Positions 1 to 12,400 of a DNA stretch of 64,000 nt are shown piece after piece. The stretch lies in contig JBHGNT010000003.1 in assembly GCA_043228905.1 (NCBI GenBank), positions 12,524,001 through 12,588,000 on the forward strand, in the 5' to 3' direction. A program made the position numbers and the translations under genes. The notes beneath the pieces are model-generated. The model ran no database searches. It saw only the letters and a program-made list of their open reading frames with translations, and was not told the origin of the DNA. Numbering within the stretch: the stretch's first letter is position 1; the number at the start of each line of letters is the position of its first letter. Source of the stretch: Azolla caroliniana (lineage: Eukaryota; Plantae; Polypodiophyta).

Positions 1-1
1 C

Positions 2-550
2 AGGGTTCAAGCAATCATAAGACGTAACCGGCTTAACACCCTAAACTTGGTCAATGAATCGCTAGAGAAGGGTTGGCAAACATGGTCGGTGCAAGCTGCA
101 GAGCTTCAACTATTATGAGCCGATAGAGAAAATAGAAAAATTCAAGGCAAAGGCTTCCTCAAGATGTCGGAGGAAGCAATGACCATGGTTCAGGAAGATA
201 TTGCTACAGACCTATACAACATGGCGGCTTATTTCAGAGAAGAAATTAACCGAATAATGCAAGAATTCGACAAGCATGATGTTGATACGTCCATTGAGTT
301 AGACAATATCGAAGCCGCAAGAGTAAGCAAAACACCTGGACTCGGAGCACTGGATTCAACAGATCCAAGACCATCGACTGAAGAAGCACACGAAGAAAAC
401 GAAGACGGGGAGGACACCGAAGATGAAGACGAAGACGATGTCTGCGTGGCACCACAGGAAGAGGAACCCTCATTGTTCAACATTCTGCAGGATGACGCAA
501 AAGATGATTTGGAGTTGGAGGAAGATCTTCCCTCAGAGCACCAAGAGTGA
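2..550 (+). pseudogene. C-terminal part of an unknown acidic/coiled-coil ORF, probably a gypsy accessory ORF
   Basis: Frame open from the window edge except one TGA near 116; ends about 50 bp before an LTR-like unit; no recognised domain. Confidence 0.45.
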
Positions 551-602
551 AGGGGTTCCCGTGGGTTCGCCGGACAACGTCCTGGCCCACAGGCATGCCA
601 AG

Positions 603-1065
603 TGTTACCCGGACAAGTATGGATGCGTCAGAGTCGTAAGGAAGTTCGGAGTCGGAGTTGGAGTCAGATCGATGACTTAGCAGATATCCGAATAGGACAT
701 AGTTAGTTACGAAGTTTTGTAATTCTTGATAATTAATTATAGGAAGTAGGGTTTCTTGATGAGAAAAGACATTCGGGTTACCTTCGGGTTACCTATAAAA
801 GGAACCGAAGGCATTGTAAAAATCTATCGTTGTATTTAGTAGTATCAAGTTTAGTTAGGAAACCGCCATGTATGAATCGCTCTTGCCATCTATTTCCTTC
901 TGTCTAAGCTATATTACGTAAGTCACGATCTCGTGTCTGTTATCACTGATAAGTTTACAAATAATTCGTATCTATTCATCCAACCACAACTTCTTGATAG
1001 AACGTTCGATACGAACGTTCATCTTATACTGTGTCGGCAAAGTAGTAATTGTCGACCGAACAACA
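603..1065. mobile_element. LTR-like unit (gypsy) with tRNA-Arg-type PBS on the minus strand at about 585-600
   Basis: TGTT...AACA ends; CTATAAAAGG at about 793; minus strand reads TAACA-CT-TGGCATGCCTGTGGG. Confidence 0.6.
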
Positions 1066-1068
1066 CAT

Positions 1069-3991
1069 ATACCTTCTAGGCAAGGTTGAATACACAAGGT
1101 TGCCTATTATGGTCGGCATAAAAACGTGCTCTATCTTGAGTTGTTTTTATATTATCTCGTGCAATATTCAACATATCTTGCATATTTGGAAGAAAGTTTT
1201 GCGTACTTTGCAACTCATCATGATGTATATTAACATCAATCAGGGCTCTTGGATGAAAACCATACATCAACATAAAAGGACTATATACCGTTGACGTATG
1301 CTTGGAGGTGTTATAAGCAAACTCCAAACTTGGGAGATAACGTTCCCATTTTGTTGGTTTTGCACTAATGTATGCTCGAAACATGTCCTCAATAATTTAA
1401 TTTACTGGTTTTGTCTGTCCATCGGATTGAGGACGATCCGTGGAGCTTATGCTCAACGTAGTTTCTAACTTCTTAAAGACTTGCGTCCAGAAGTCACTAG
1501 TAAACTTTGGATCTCATTCACCCATGATATCCATCGGTAACCCATAAAAATGAAATAAATCTTCAAAGACTTGGTAAGCCAATTCAAGAGCTGTTACTAT
1601 AGTTTTAGTAGGAATAAATCTGGCCATTTTAGTTAGTCTATCAACCACAACCCATACGACATCATGGCCATTTTGGGTACAAGGAAGGCTGACAATAAAA
1701 TCCATGGATACACTTTCCCACTTATTATTGGGAATATCCAAGGGATATAAAAGTCTTGCAGCCTTATGTCACATAGCTTTGAGTGCAGATGAGAACAAGT
1801 GTACGATGTATTCCAGGGTGCCCTAATGAGGGTGCATCATGGCATTAAAAATGAATTCTCTTTTTGACCTCAGCAAAATCTGGAACACAAACCTTCCCAT
1901 GAGGGTAGAGCACACCGTTAGCAATGTGGAAGGATTCCTTCGAGGATGTGGTGGTGTTTGTTCCAGACTCAACTCTTGCCTAGTATTTTGCGAAAGAAAT
2001 GTCATTAGGATACTTTCCTCAAAGGTGATCATCAAGATCTGATGTTATTTCAGTGAAGCTAAGCATGTTAATTTCACGGATGTGACTTAGTCCATCAACG
2101 ACAGTCGTCATGGAACCTTTACGATATCGTGTGGAAAAATCAAAGTCTTGGATGAGATCAACCCATCATGTCATACGACCTTTTAGGTCTTGTTGCCCTC
2201 AAAAATATTTCAAGGACTCGTGGTCCATAGTTACCACAAAATGAGTTCCATAAACATAATGGCACCATGTTTTGAGCGCATGTATAACTGCAAATAATTC
2301 CTTTTCTTGAACGGTATACCGAGATTGTGTAGAATCAAGTTTCTTACTCTCCAATGCTATTGGTTTACCACCTTGATATACGACAACACCTATAGCATAA
2401 TCGCTTGCATCGGTTTCAACCTCAAAAGGCTTTAAAGGATCGGGTAAAAGAAGCCAAGGAGCCTTGCACACCAGGTCCTTGAGTTCCTTAAAGGCGAGGG
2501 CTAGTGTAGCATTCCACACAATAGGTTTTGTAGACTTATGCGTTTGACCTTTTAGAATATCAGTAAATGACATCGGTAATTAATACACATACGCTATGTG
2601 CCCTCTTTCATTTTTACCAAGAGAATGTTATGGTAAATTCTCAACACGAGATATATATGGTCATGCCCGTAACGTACTCCCCCCTTTAAAACATTGCACT
2701 CTTGCAATGGAAAGTTAGGGAAATCACTTCTAAGAGTATATTCGTGTTCCCATGTGGCATCTTAAAAGATTTATGCATCCATTTAATTGTAAATTCTCGC
2801 ATTATTTTAATATGCAGATTTTTAGTTTTAACATCGAGAATTCTTTCTTGTACATGTGGTTTAGAAGATAATTCTTCAGAAGTAACCAGAGTTTTAGTTG
2901 TAACTATATTGTCGCTAGAACCTAGAAGTTCTTTTAGATGACCTACATGAAAAACTAGATGAATTTCAACGCCATCGGGAAGAGCGAGATGATAGGTTGA
3001 TGAACCAGTGTGTTTGAGGACTTGAAAAGGTCCACAAAACTGTGGGGCTAACTTCGCGCACTTACCCATACACAATGTCTTAGCATAGTGAGGTAGATGT
3101 AAAAATACCTTCTATCCATGGTTGAATACATGAGGTTGCCTATTATGGTCAGCGTAAAAATGCGCTCTATCTTGAGCTGTTTTTATATTATCTCGTGCAA
3201 TATTCAACATATCTTGCATATTTGGAAGAAAGTTTTGCGTACTTTGCAACTCATCATGATGTATATTAACATCAATCAGGGCTCTTGGATGAAAACCATA
3301 CATCAACATAAAAGGACTATATACCGTTGACGTATGCTTGGAAGTGTTATAAGCAAACTCCAAACTTGGGAGATAACGTTCCCATTTTGTTAGTTTTGCA
3401 CTAACGTATGCTTGAAACATGTCCTCAATAATTTAATTTACTGGTTTTGTCTGTCCATCCATCGGATTGAGGATGATCCGTGGAGCTTATGCTCAACGTA
3501 GTTTCTAACTTCTTAAAGACTTGCGTCCAGAAGTCACTAATAAACTTTGGATCTCGATCACTCACGATATGCATCGGTAACCCATAAAAAGGAAATAACT
3601 CGTCAACGAATTGGTAAACCAATTCAGGAGCTGTTAACATTGTTTTAGTAGCAATAAATCTGGCAGTTTTAGTTAGTCTATAAACCACAACCTAGATGGT
3701 ATCATGGCCTTTTCGGGTGCGAGGAAGGCTAACAATAAAATCCATGGATATACTTTCCCACTTATTATTGGGAATGTCCAAGGGATGTAAAAGTCTTGCG
3801 GCCTTAACCTGACATTGGTGACATTTAGTCACATAGCTATGTATGTCACGACGCATCTTAGGCCAATCGAATTGAGTGTAGATGAGAACAAGTGTACGAT
3901 GTATTCCAGGGTGCCCTAATGAGGGTGCATCATGGCATTCAAAAAGATTTCTTTTTTTGACCTCAAGTTGGTAAAGACAATGATTGTACAT
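1069..3991 (-). mobile_element. Degenerate Ty3/gypsy chromovirus pol fragments (RNase H, duplicated integrase core, GPF and chromodomain-like tail, PPT at about 2678-2687)
   Basis: FEVETDASDYAIG, WESISMDFIVSLP, SDRDPKF, HPQSDG, GPFQVL...ERILDVK; 1069-1790 repeated at 3106-3840. Confidence 0.85.
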
Positions 3992-4011
3992 CTAAGTATG
4001 AATGTGATGTT

Positions 4012-5330
4012 TTATGAGAAGATGAATGTTGAGTCCATTGCACTCCAAAAATGTTTACATACCTCATGAGGGACCTTGTAGAACAATTTACTTCCCTTTA
4101 CCTTGTGCTTTTCTTGAGTCATAGTGAACTTGATTGCGATAATGGCATCAACATAAATTATGGCGGTGGGTGCATCTTTTACTAATAAATACATGTAGGA
4201 GGACCGTCACAACTTTGCATAATAGTTGTTATAGTGAACCAAAGAGGATATATACATTACTAGAAACAATTAACACTATAAGAGCACTAAACACTTCAGA
4301 AAAACCAAAGAGGATATATATTGATGAATTTGTCACTCCTAATTAGGATAACTTGTGAAGTTACATATGAAGATTTTACATTGAAGATCACTTGCCATTC
4401 TACAAGGTTTCTACAATGTATTAACAATTAAATTTCTAAGCATTAACGAGGGAGACCTCCCCCAATATGTGTTCAGGGTCCTTGTAGATAGTTTTGTATC
4501 CCTTAATCTTGTGCGTTGCTTGAGTCATAGTAAATCTGATTGCGATAATGGCGTCATCATATATTATGACAGTGGGCGCATCTTGCAATAATGTATATGT
4601 GTTCTTGCATTGTTGAAACTTTGCATAATAGTTGCCATAGACAATAAACTTGCCAACGTTGGACATGTTGCCCCAGCCATCCCTCGCCACTTCTTTCAAT
4701 ATTTTGTTCCCTTCCTTCCATACCACAATGTAGTAGTCTTCATTCAAAACCTTCTTTTTGAAGAGATTTCAGCACTGTGAAATGATCTCCAATAAAAGTG
4801 TCAAGTCCTCACATTGGTTGTAGTATACAATATTGTATGAATGTTTGTTTTCTTGAATATGATCTTGTTGTTGAATCTCAAGCTTCTGCAACTTCCATGA
4901 CTCCACGACTGATAGATTGGTGCATTCATCCCAAGATTCATCTATATAATACACATGGAACAAAAGCATGAAAAACTGTGAAATAACAATTGTGTTGTGT
5001 CCTTACGACAAAACCCTAAAAACACAATGGGTCTTCCACATCCTTTTCGTGGTTTTACAACCATATGATTTACTTCTATCCTACTCGTTAGCACGGACCT
5101 CAATAAACAATCCATTCTTACCATCATTTGACATCTTCCATGTCAGCCACTCCACAACATCATGTGCATTTTGTAACTTAGCACCTTTATTATCCACCTG
5201 CTTGCTTATAAGAGAGTGCTTGATCACAGCCCTTGCCCCATCATGCTCTCCCTTTCCATGTGTAGACCCGAAGTTGTTCCATTGCATCCTAATGTTGGTC
5301 AATGAGAAGTACTTGGGCGTTTTGTATCAC
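4012..5330 (-). pseudogene. DNA transposase remnant, Sola2-like (WNxFGSxHGKGEHDG motif)
   Basis: ORF 5081-5302 WNNFGSTHGKGEHDGARAVIK; fragmented downstream ORFs; C-terminal block duplicated (4012-4230 vs 4480-4650); no TIRs found; superfamily from motif recall only. Confidence 0.5.
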
Positions 5331-5391
5331 AAATAGCCAAGCCAACAAACATTAGTAAGAGTACTACATTAGTACATCACAGGTAGCCAAC

Positions 5392-5857
5392 AATACTTAG
5401 CATGGCTTAAAACTTAATTAATATTGATTCACGTGAGAAGACATTACTAAGTTGTAAATTACGAATACTTAACATGTCTTAAAATAGAATTAGTATTGAT
5501 AGATGTGGGAGGATAGTACTAAGTTGTAAATTAAGAATACTTTACATGGCTTAAACCATAATCAGTACTTGTGCACGTGGGAGGACATTACTAAGTTTTA
5601 AATTAAAAATACTTAACATGGCTTAAAACATAATTAGTACTGATTCATGTGAGAGGACAATACTAAGTTGTAAATTAAGAATACTTAACATGGCTTAAAA
5701 TAGAATTAGTACTGATAGATGTGGGAGGATAGTACTATGTTGCAAATTAACAATATTTTCCATGGCTTAAAACATAATTAGTACTTGTGCACGTGGGAGG
5801 ACAATATTAAGCTGTAAATTAAGAATACTTTACATTGCTTAAACAATTATAAGTACT
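5392..5857. repeat. 72-bp tandem array, about 6.5 copies, with a 3-unit (216-bp) higher-order period
   Basis: Units start at 5392, 5464, 5536, 5608, 5680, 5752, 5824; variant pattern A-B-C-A-B-C. Confidence 0.93.
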
Positions 5858-6363
5858 TGACGACATTGTATCCTCCAAAACTTCTCCTAAATTTTTTCAA
5901 TAACAATGTTGGTCAGATGGCTCCTCGTCCGAACTACTGTTGGTGTATGAATTGGAAACTTCTCTTAATTCCCCTTCAGCTTCTTGCTCGATTTTTTCGA
6001 CAAACTCCGAACAATTGGAATTACCTTCTTCTGCATGTCGGCTCTCCGATCTCATGCGTGGTCTTTTGCTTCCTACAGGTTGGTCAATACTGAGTTGACT
6101 AGACAACATCCATTCTCCTTATTCTCCGCTCGTAGCAGATGTAACCAGGCGTGCCAAATTATTGTGTTGTCTCTGCCAACAAACACAATGAGTCGAACGT
6201 CTTCCTTCCTAAGTCATTCTGTCAAGAAGATTGTGGTTGGAGATATGGTGTTTGTTGACACTAGTTACTTAGTCAAAAATTTATTTAAACATCAATTACA
6301 CAGAACTTAATTACTTGGATTAGAACATAAGCTCTAGATCAATTGTAATTATAATATACTCTG

Positions 6364-6795
6364 TGTAATAGAGAAACGAATTCGAACATCCGACACAGTA
6401 AATAGTATTAGGATCGAAGCCAACCACAACCGGTTTACACACTTACGTATGCGGGTGCAAGGATCGAAAATGACGGTGCACAAACATCAGAAAACAAAAA
6501 GTAGAAAGACACAGGATATTTAACGTGAAAAACCCAAAAGGGAAAAACCACGGGAGTCCTCGAACTCCGAACTGATTCACTAACAATAAGAGGTATACAA
6601 TAAGAAGCTCTAAGACGACCTTGAGTTCTTCTTCAACTGAACAGGCGACTATGGAGTAGCTACACACACTCTCACTCTCTCACTCTCTTACTCTCTAGTT
6701 ACAAAGGCAACAACCACCAGTAACTTTGCACAATGATTGCCCTAGGTGTATATATACTAATACAACATTTAGGGCTATTTACAAATATGGCCCAC
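6364..6795 (-). mobile_element. Truncated copia-type LTR
   Basis: Reverse-complement of the GTGGTTTTTCCC...GGGTTTT hairpin, CT tract, TATA and GGCTATTTACAAATAT shared with other copia LTRs; homologous to 56551-56866. Confidence 0.7.
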
Positions 6796-6799
6796 TACG

Positions 6800-9360
6800 T
6801 GCTGCGTAATTCGGGGTCATTCTATAGCGTCGTTGCTGAACTAGCTTAGCATCTTTGTAAAGATGTATTTGGTGCTGGTAGAATTTGGGGTCGAACCCCT
6901 TTTATTTCTTTATGCGACCATGCAAATACATCTTGGTATTTTTTCAGCAACTGTATCATAGCCCTTTTGTCAGTTGTTGGTAGTTCTTTTGCTATGCTAA
7001 CCAGGCACAGATCCTCTGTGATTCCCAAATTGATGTCTTCTAAAGTAGAGTTCTTAACACGTCATGATACCTCCATTTCTCGTTCATATGCCTCTTGGGC
7101 CCGATGAAGCTCTGTGACCGTTTTCGGGTCCGGCTCCAAGAATTCTTCTTTTGCTTCCCTAGGTTTGACGTAGGCGTCAACAGTTCCGATTACGTCGATC
7201 TCAAAAAGAGGTATGAGCCGTAAGTTATCTTCTAGATATCTGTCAACCTCTTCATCCTCCAGCCGTTCCAGCACGTGTACTTCCTCCGCATAGAGTGGGG
7301 CCAATTCCTTCATCGTTGGTGCGCGTTCCTAGGTGGGCACCTTGACTTTAGTCTGGCCTTGTGATGACATTTACACATGACCGATCGTCAATAATGCAAC
7401 CGAGGACCTCTTGCCCCTTGACAATGTTTTTTACTATTGAGTTGTGTTGATCCATTACGACCGGTCTGTTAGTTGATTCTATGAAATTTGTTGGGACCAC
7501 TGATTGGTCTTCCCTTCGTACCCTTGCCACCCTTGTGTCCCTGAACCTAGGAAATAAATTCGGTAGGTTGTTCATATGCATAGAGATCTGGCAATCGGCA
7601 AGAGCTTGCCTAATGGGGTCCTCATCCACAGCTTCGCTACCATTTGGAGGTTTGGACTAGGGTACGGGCTCTATTATCGGGCTACCCCTCATTTCTTGGT
7701 GCATCCATTCAGTATTTGCCTCATTGGCTTTTTCCACCCAGACTTTTGCTGCCTTACATATTTTGTCCTGAACTTCCCAATCCAAAACCTTTGCTTTACT
7801 CTGAGCGGTGCCTTGATGGACTTCTGTCGTGATGCTTTTTATAGTCAGCTCCTTGCCCTTATCTTGCCGAGGGCATTGCGTGGTGTAGTGGTCAAGTCTT
7901 CGTAGATAAAACATTGCAACCCTGTTGCCGAGTTAGATTTTCCTCATTCCATGGGTACCGTGTGTGGCAGCTCTAGTTGCATTTCCGTTTCATCGTAGGG
8001 TTGTGGTGGTCGATGGTTGTATTGGGGTGCATACTTATTGTCGTATAGGTCCTCTTGCCTGTACTCATCTTCCCAATATTGCTCTTCGTCGTGCCGAGAT
8101 CTCTCACTATACCGAGGACGCCCTTTGTCCCATATCGGCCTGTATGATGAAAGCGATCGTCTGGCCGCGATCGGGTGTGGTGGGGGTCGATACGCCACAT
8201 AGGTGCTGTTGATCTGCTTAGGAGATTATATTCACATTGCTCTAGTGTATGGGCTCTAGAGTGGCAGCTCAGGCAATGTATCCGCAATGTGCAATTGACC
8301 GCCGAATAGCTAGGGTTGAGGCATGTCGTGCATTGGACGGCCTGTCGAAAGCGTATTTCCTCCTCTCTAGGCAGGGTTCATGTTGTTGCTCGTCTATGCA
8401 CTGTCCATGACAAGCATCAATCAATGACATCATCGAGGGATTTTCTTGTGAAATTGACGACTGCCAAAGTTGTTCTAAGTGGTTTGCGAAGAGCCAATCA
8501 GAACATCTCTTTGAGTTCTTCTACTGTCGAAGGTTCTAGAAATGGATGACAAACTGTAAGACCGTTTCCTGAGGATCCTGATAAATGACGTAGAACTGAC
8601 TCATTAGTTTGCGTTCAAGTACCCGACGATGAAATAACCATATAAACTTTTATTTTAGTTAGTCAAAATTCTAGAATTCTGCCAAGTCATGTTGTGAGAA
8701 CTAGTTCGCCGATTGCCCTTCCAAAGACAACCCCAACTCAGCTATCTTCGACGCATTTGCGTCCGCCGCTACTACGTGCTGAGATACGTGGTTGGCCTGC
8801 CCCGTTGGTAGGAAAGCATGGACGTATGCCTCATCATCTACTTCATTATTGTACCAAAGATAGTCTTGGTCGTGGGTTGCATCCCTGATGAGGTTGTTTT
8901 TGCGACCAAATACATAGTGGGTGTCATCGTTGTGATTCACCGCGGAACCACTATCATTGGTTGTGATGAGTTGGAATTGTTCTTTCGAATGGACTTCCAA
9001 TGCTTGGTGGGTCCGCTCAATGAGTGTGGATTCTACCACACTTTCTTCGCAGTTTGGTTGTTGGACGCACACTAGTAACTGTTCTGGGGATGCCACTTCT
9101 GTCGGGCACCAGGAAATCCGTCCAAGTGTGTGGTTTGCTTCTCTAGTCATCTCTTTGTTGCTGCGTCAACTAGATGACATCCATACTTTTGTGCTCCTCT
9201 ATGTCTTTATAGATCGACCAAGTGTGACAAAAGTGTTACCAATCCTTGAGTAACACAGGGTCGAATACTCAGTCCTTCGGTATTCGATTCAAGGTCTTGT
9301 GGACAAGAGATTGGAGTGCAAGTCGGGATTCGGCCAGGTGGGCATTGCGTAGGTTATCGG
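6800..9360 (-). mobile_element. Degenerate non-chromovirus Ty3/gypsy (Athila/Phygy-like): LTR end, gag, protease, RT start; LTR continues at 19793-19884
   Basis: CHSRAHTLEQCEYN knuckle, YQDVFAWS; homologous to the 45299-48840 element; interrupted by the copia at 9361-19792. Confidence 0.75.
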
Positions 9361-9415
9361 TGTTTCGGAAACATGTCCCTCCGGATGGGAAGGAGAGCAC
9401 GAACCAGATCAGTTG

Positions 9416-12400
9416 TGTTGGGATTACGGTCCCTCCGGATGGGATGGTCAGATGTCCGGGAATCGGGAATGAAGACCCGAATGAGGAGTACCCGGTATCG
9501 GAACCGGATGATGAAGACCCGGTTTCGGATCCGGATGATGAAGACCCCGGCTACGGAGCCGGATGACGAATGTACCCGGAGAGAGATCCGGATGCGGGGA
9601 CATATTTGTGAATATGTTTGCCAAAGGCCCTCTAGGCTATATTTGTAAATAGCCCGAAAGTCATATGTGTATAAATATGACTTAGGGCAAACAGTTTTGT
9701 TGTTGTTGCTCATTTTTCTGTTTTCCACTTAGAGGGAGCGAAGTGAGAGCAGCCGAGAGAGAGAGTGAGAAAGGAAGAGGTCGACGCCTCTGTGTAATAC
9801 CGCCGCCTGTGGCGAGGACAGCGAGCTCAAGGTCGTCGCCTTGCAGCTCGCCATTGTACATTCCCTGCGTATAGTGATCGTTGGAGTCTTGCACTCCCGT
9901 GGTTTTTCCCATCTAGGGTTCTCCACGCTAAACCCTGTGCATTCGAGTCTCTCTCTGTGTTTTCGATTTACTGCTGCATTGACTCGTGTTTCCTCGGTTG
10001 TGGCCGAGAGGTGAAGGTTTTGAAAGCGTCAATTTCTAACAATCTGGTATCAGAGCGACTGCAGTGCAGAAAATGGAAGGCGGCAGCAACGGGCAGCCGG
10101 GGATGATGGTGCTGAATGCGCAGAACTACGCCGACTAGAAGATAAAGATGGAGGATCTGCTCATTGTTCGGGACCTGTATGAACCGATCGACAAGTCGGA
10201 AATACCCAAGGGGGTACTTGAGACGGAATGGAGGCTTCTGAACCGGAAAGCCGTTGCAACCATTCGGCAATACGTCGACGTGAGCGTTCTACAACATGTG
10301 GCGAACGACACCAACGCATATGAGATGTGGCAGAAGCTGTCGGGCCTCTACGAGAGGAAGAATGCGTTGAACCGGACCTCCCTGATGAGGAAGATAGTGA
10401 ACCTCAAGTACCGGGACGGGGAGAGTATGGTGGAACACGTAAGCACGTTCATGGGATTCGTGAACCAGCTTGCGGCGATCAAGTTCCTGTTGGAGGATGC
10501 AATGCAAGCCATCATGCTGATGTGTACATTGCCGGAAAGCTGGGAGAACTTGTTGGTGACTCTCAGCACCTCCTGCACCGAAGATAACTTGTCCCTACAA
10601 ACGGTAAAGACAAGCATTTTGAACGAAGAAGCGCGTCGGAGAGATAAAGAACCGGCCTCCGATCCGAAGATGCTGCTTACCGAATCGGATCGGGGAAGAC
10701 AACGGAACCGGAGTCCGCAAAGACGGGAGAAGTCGGGGACCCGGTCGCAGTCAAGAGGAAGGCCCACATGCTTCCACTGTGGGAAGCCGGGGCACTTCCG
10801 AAAGAATTGTCGGCATTACCGAAAAGACAACGGAGCCGACGACACCGATTCGAAGAAGTCTTCGGAACGGAACGGTGCTTACCGGGGAGCCACGGACCGG
10901 AATGGTTCGGATCGGCGAGGGCAGGACCGGAAAGGAACGACGGCACTCGCGGCAAGTGAAGAGGAGATCATGCTCATCACCGAAGAAGGTGAACTAAACA
11001 TTGCCGGCGATGAGACTACCTGGGTGGTCGATTCCGGAGCGTCGTTCCACCTGACCCCGGAAAGAAGATACTTCTCATCCTACACAGCCGGTGAGCATGG
11101 CTGTGTTCGGATGGGAAATGAAGGTACGTGCCGGATTGCCGGCATAGGAGACGTGTGGTTGACAACCTCGACCGGATGCAAAATGTTGCTGAAGGATGTC
11201 CGACACGTTCCGGAGGTTCGATTGAACCTGATTTCGGCCGGGAGGCTAGACGATGAAGGCTACACAGGTAGCATCCGGAACTGCGTAATGAAGTTCAGCA
11301 AGGGGAGCCTGATAGTGGCTCGGGCCCGGAAAGTCAACACATTGTACCTTATGAATGCCTGGTTGTGTCCGGAGGAGTTGAACGTGGCAGCCGACACTGC
11401 CGGTGAGCTGTGGCACAAGAGACTGTGCCACATGAGTGAGAAGGGGATGAAGAGGCTTGCAGAAGACAACCTTATTCCAGTGAAGCATGTGCACCTGGAG
11501 AAGTGCACCGATTGCCTGGGCGGTAAGCAGAACCGAACCTCCTTCCACTCAAGGCCACCGACGAGACGTAGCGCACCATTGGAGTTGGTGCACACTGACG
11601 TGTGTCAAGTAGAAACGAAGTCACATGGCGGATCCCAGTACTTCGTGACATTCATTGATGACCACAGCCGGAAGCTGTGGACGGCACCGTTGAAGACAAA
11701 GGACCAAGTGTTGTGCGTCTTCAAAGAACTCCACGCGAGAGTGGAAAGGGAATCCGGCAAGAAGCTGAAAGCGATACGAGCGGATAACGGAGGGGAATAC
11801 CGGGGGCAGTTCGAGGAGTACTGTCGCTCGAAGGGAATCCGGCTCGAGTTTACTGTGCCGAAGACGCCGAAACTGAACGGGTTGGCTGAGAGGATGAACC
11901 GGACCATAATGGAGAGGGTCCGGAGTATGCTGGCGCATGCGAAATTACCCAAGGGGTTTTGGGCTGAGGCAATGTCGACGGCGACATACGTGATAAACAG
12001 ATCACCCTCAGTACCTTTGGACGGAGACACGCCGCAGAGAGTGTGGACCGGTAGGGAAGTATCCTACCGGCATCTGAAGGTGTTCGGGTGTCTCGCATAT
12101 GTCCATGTGGCAAAGGACCGGAGAGGAAAGCTAGATCCAAAGACCCGGCCATGCATATTCCTCGGTTACGGCGATGACGAGTTCGGCTACCGAGTATGGG
12201 ACCCGGTCGACAAAAAGATATTCCGGAGTCGTGATATCATCTTCATGGAGGACAAGACACTCGCCGACTGGGAGTCGGAGAAGAAGATGAAGAGCTCCAA
12301 GTCGACCGGTGAGGATCAACTCTACGAGGAGCAGTCCCTACCGGCAAGGGACCGGTTAGCACTCGAGGATCCGGCCGAAGACGGTGAAGAAACAGAACCG

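Noticed and set aside
5392-5857. CRISPR-like array
   Set aside because: Whole 72-bp units repeat with no unique spacers; eukaryotic context and no cas genes
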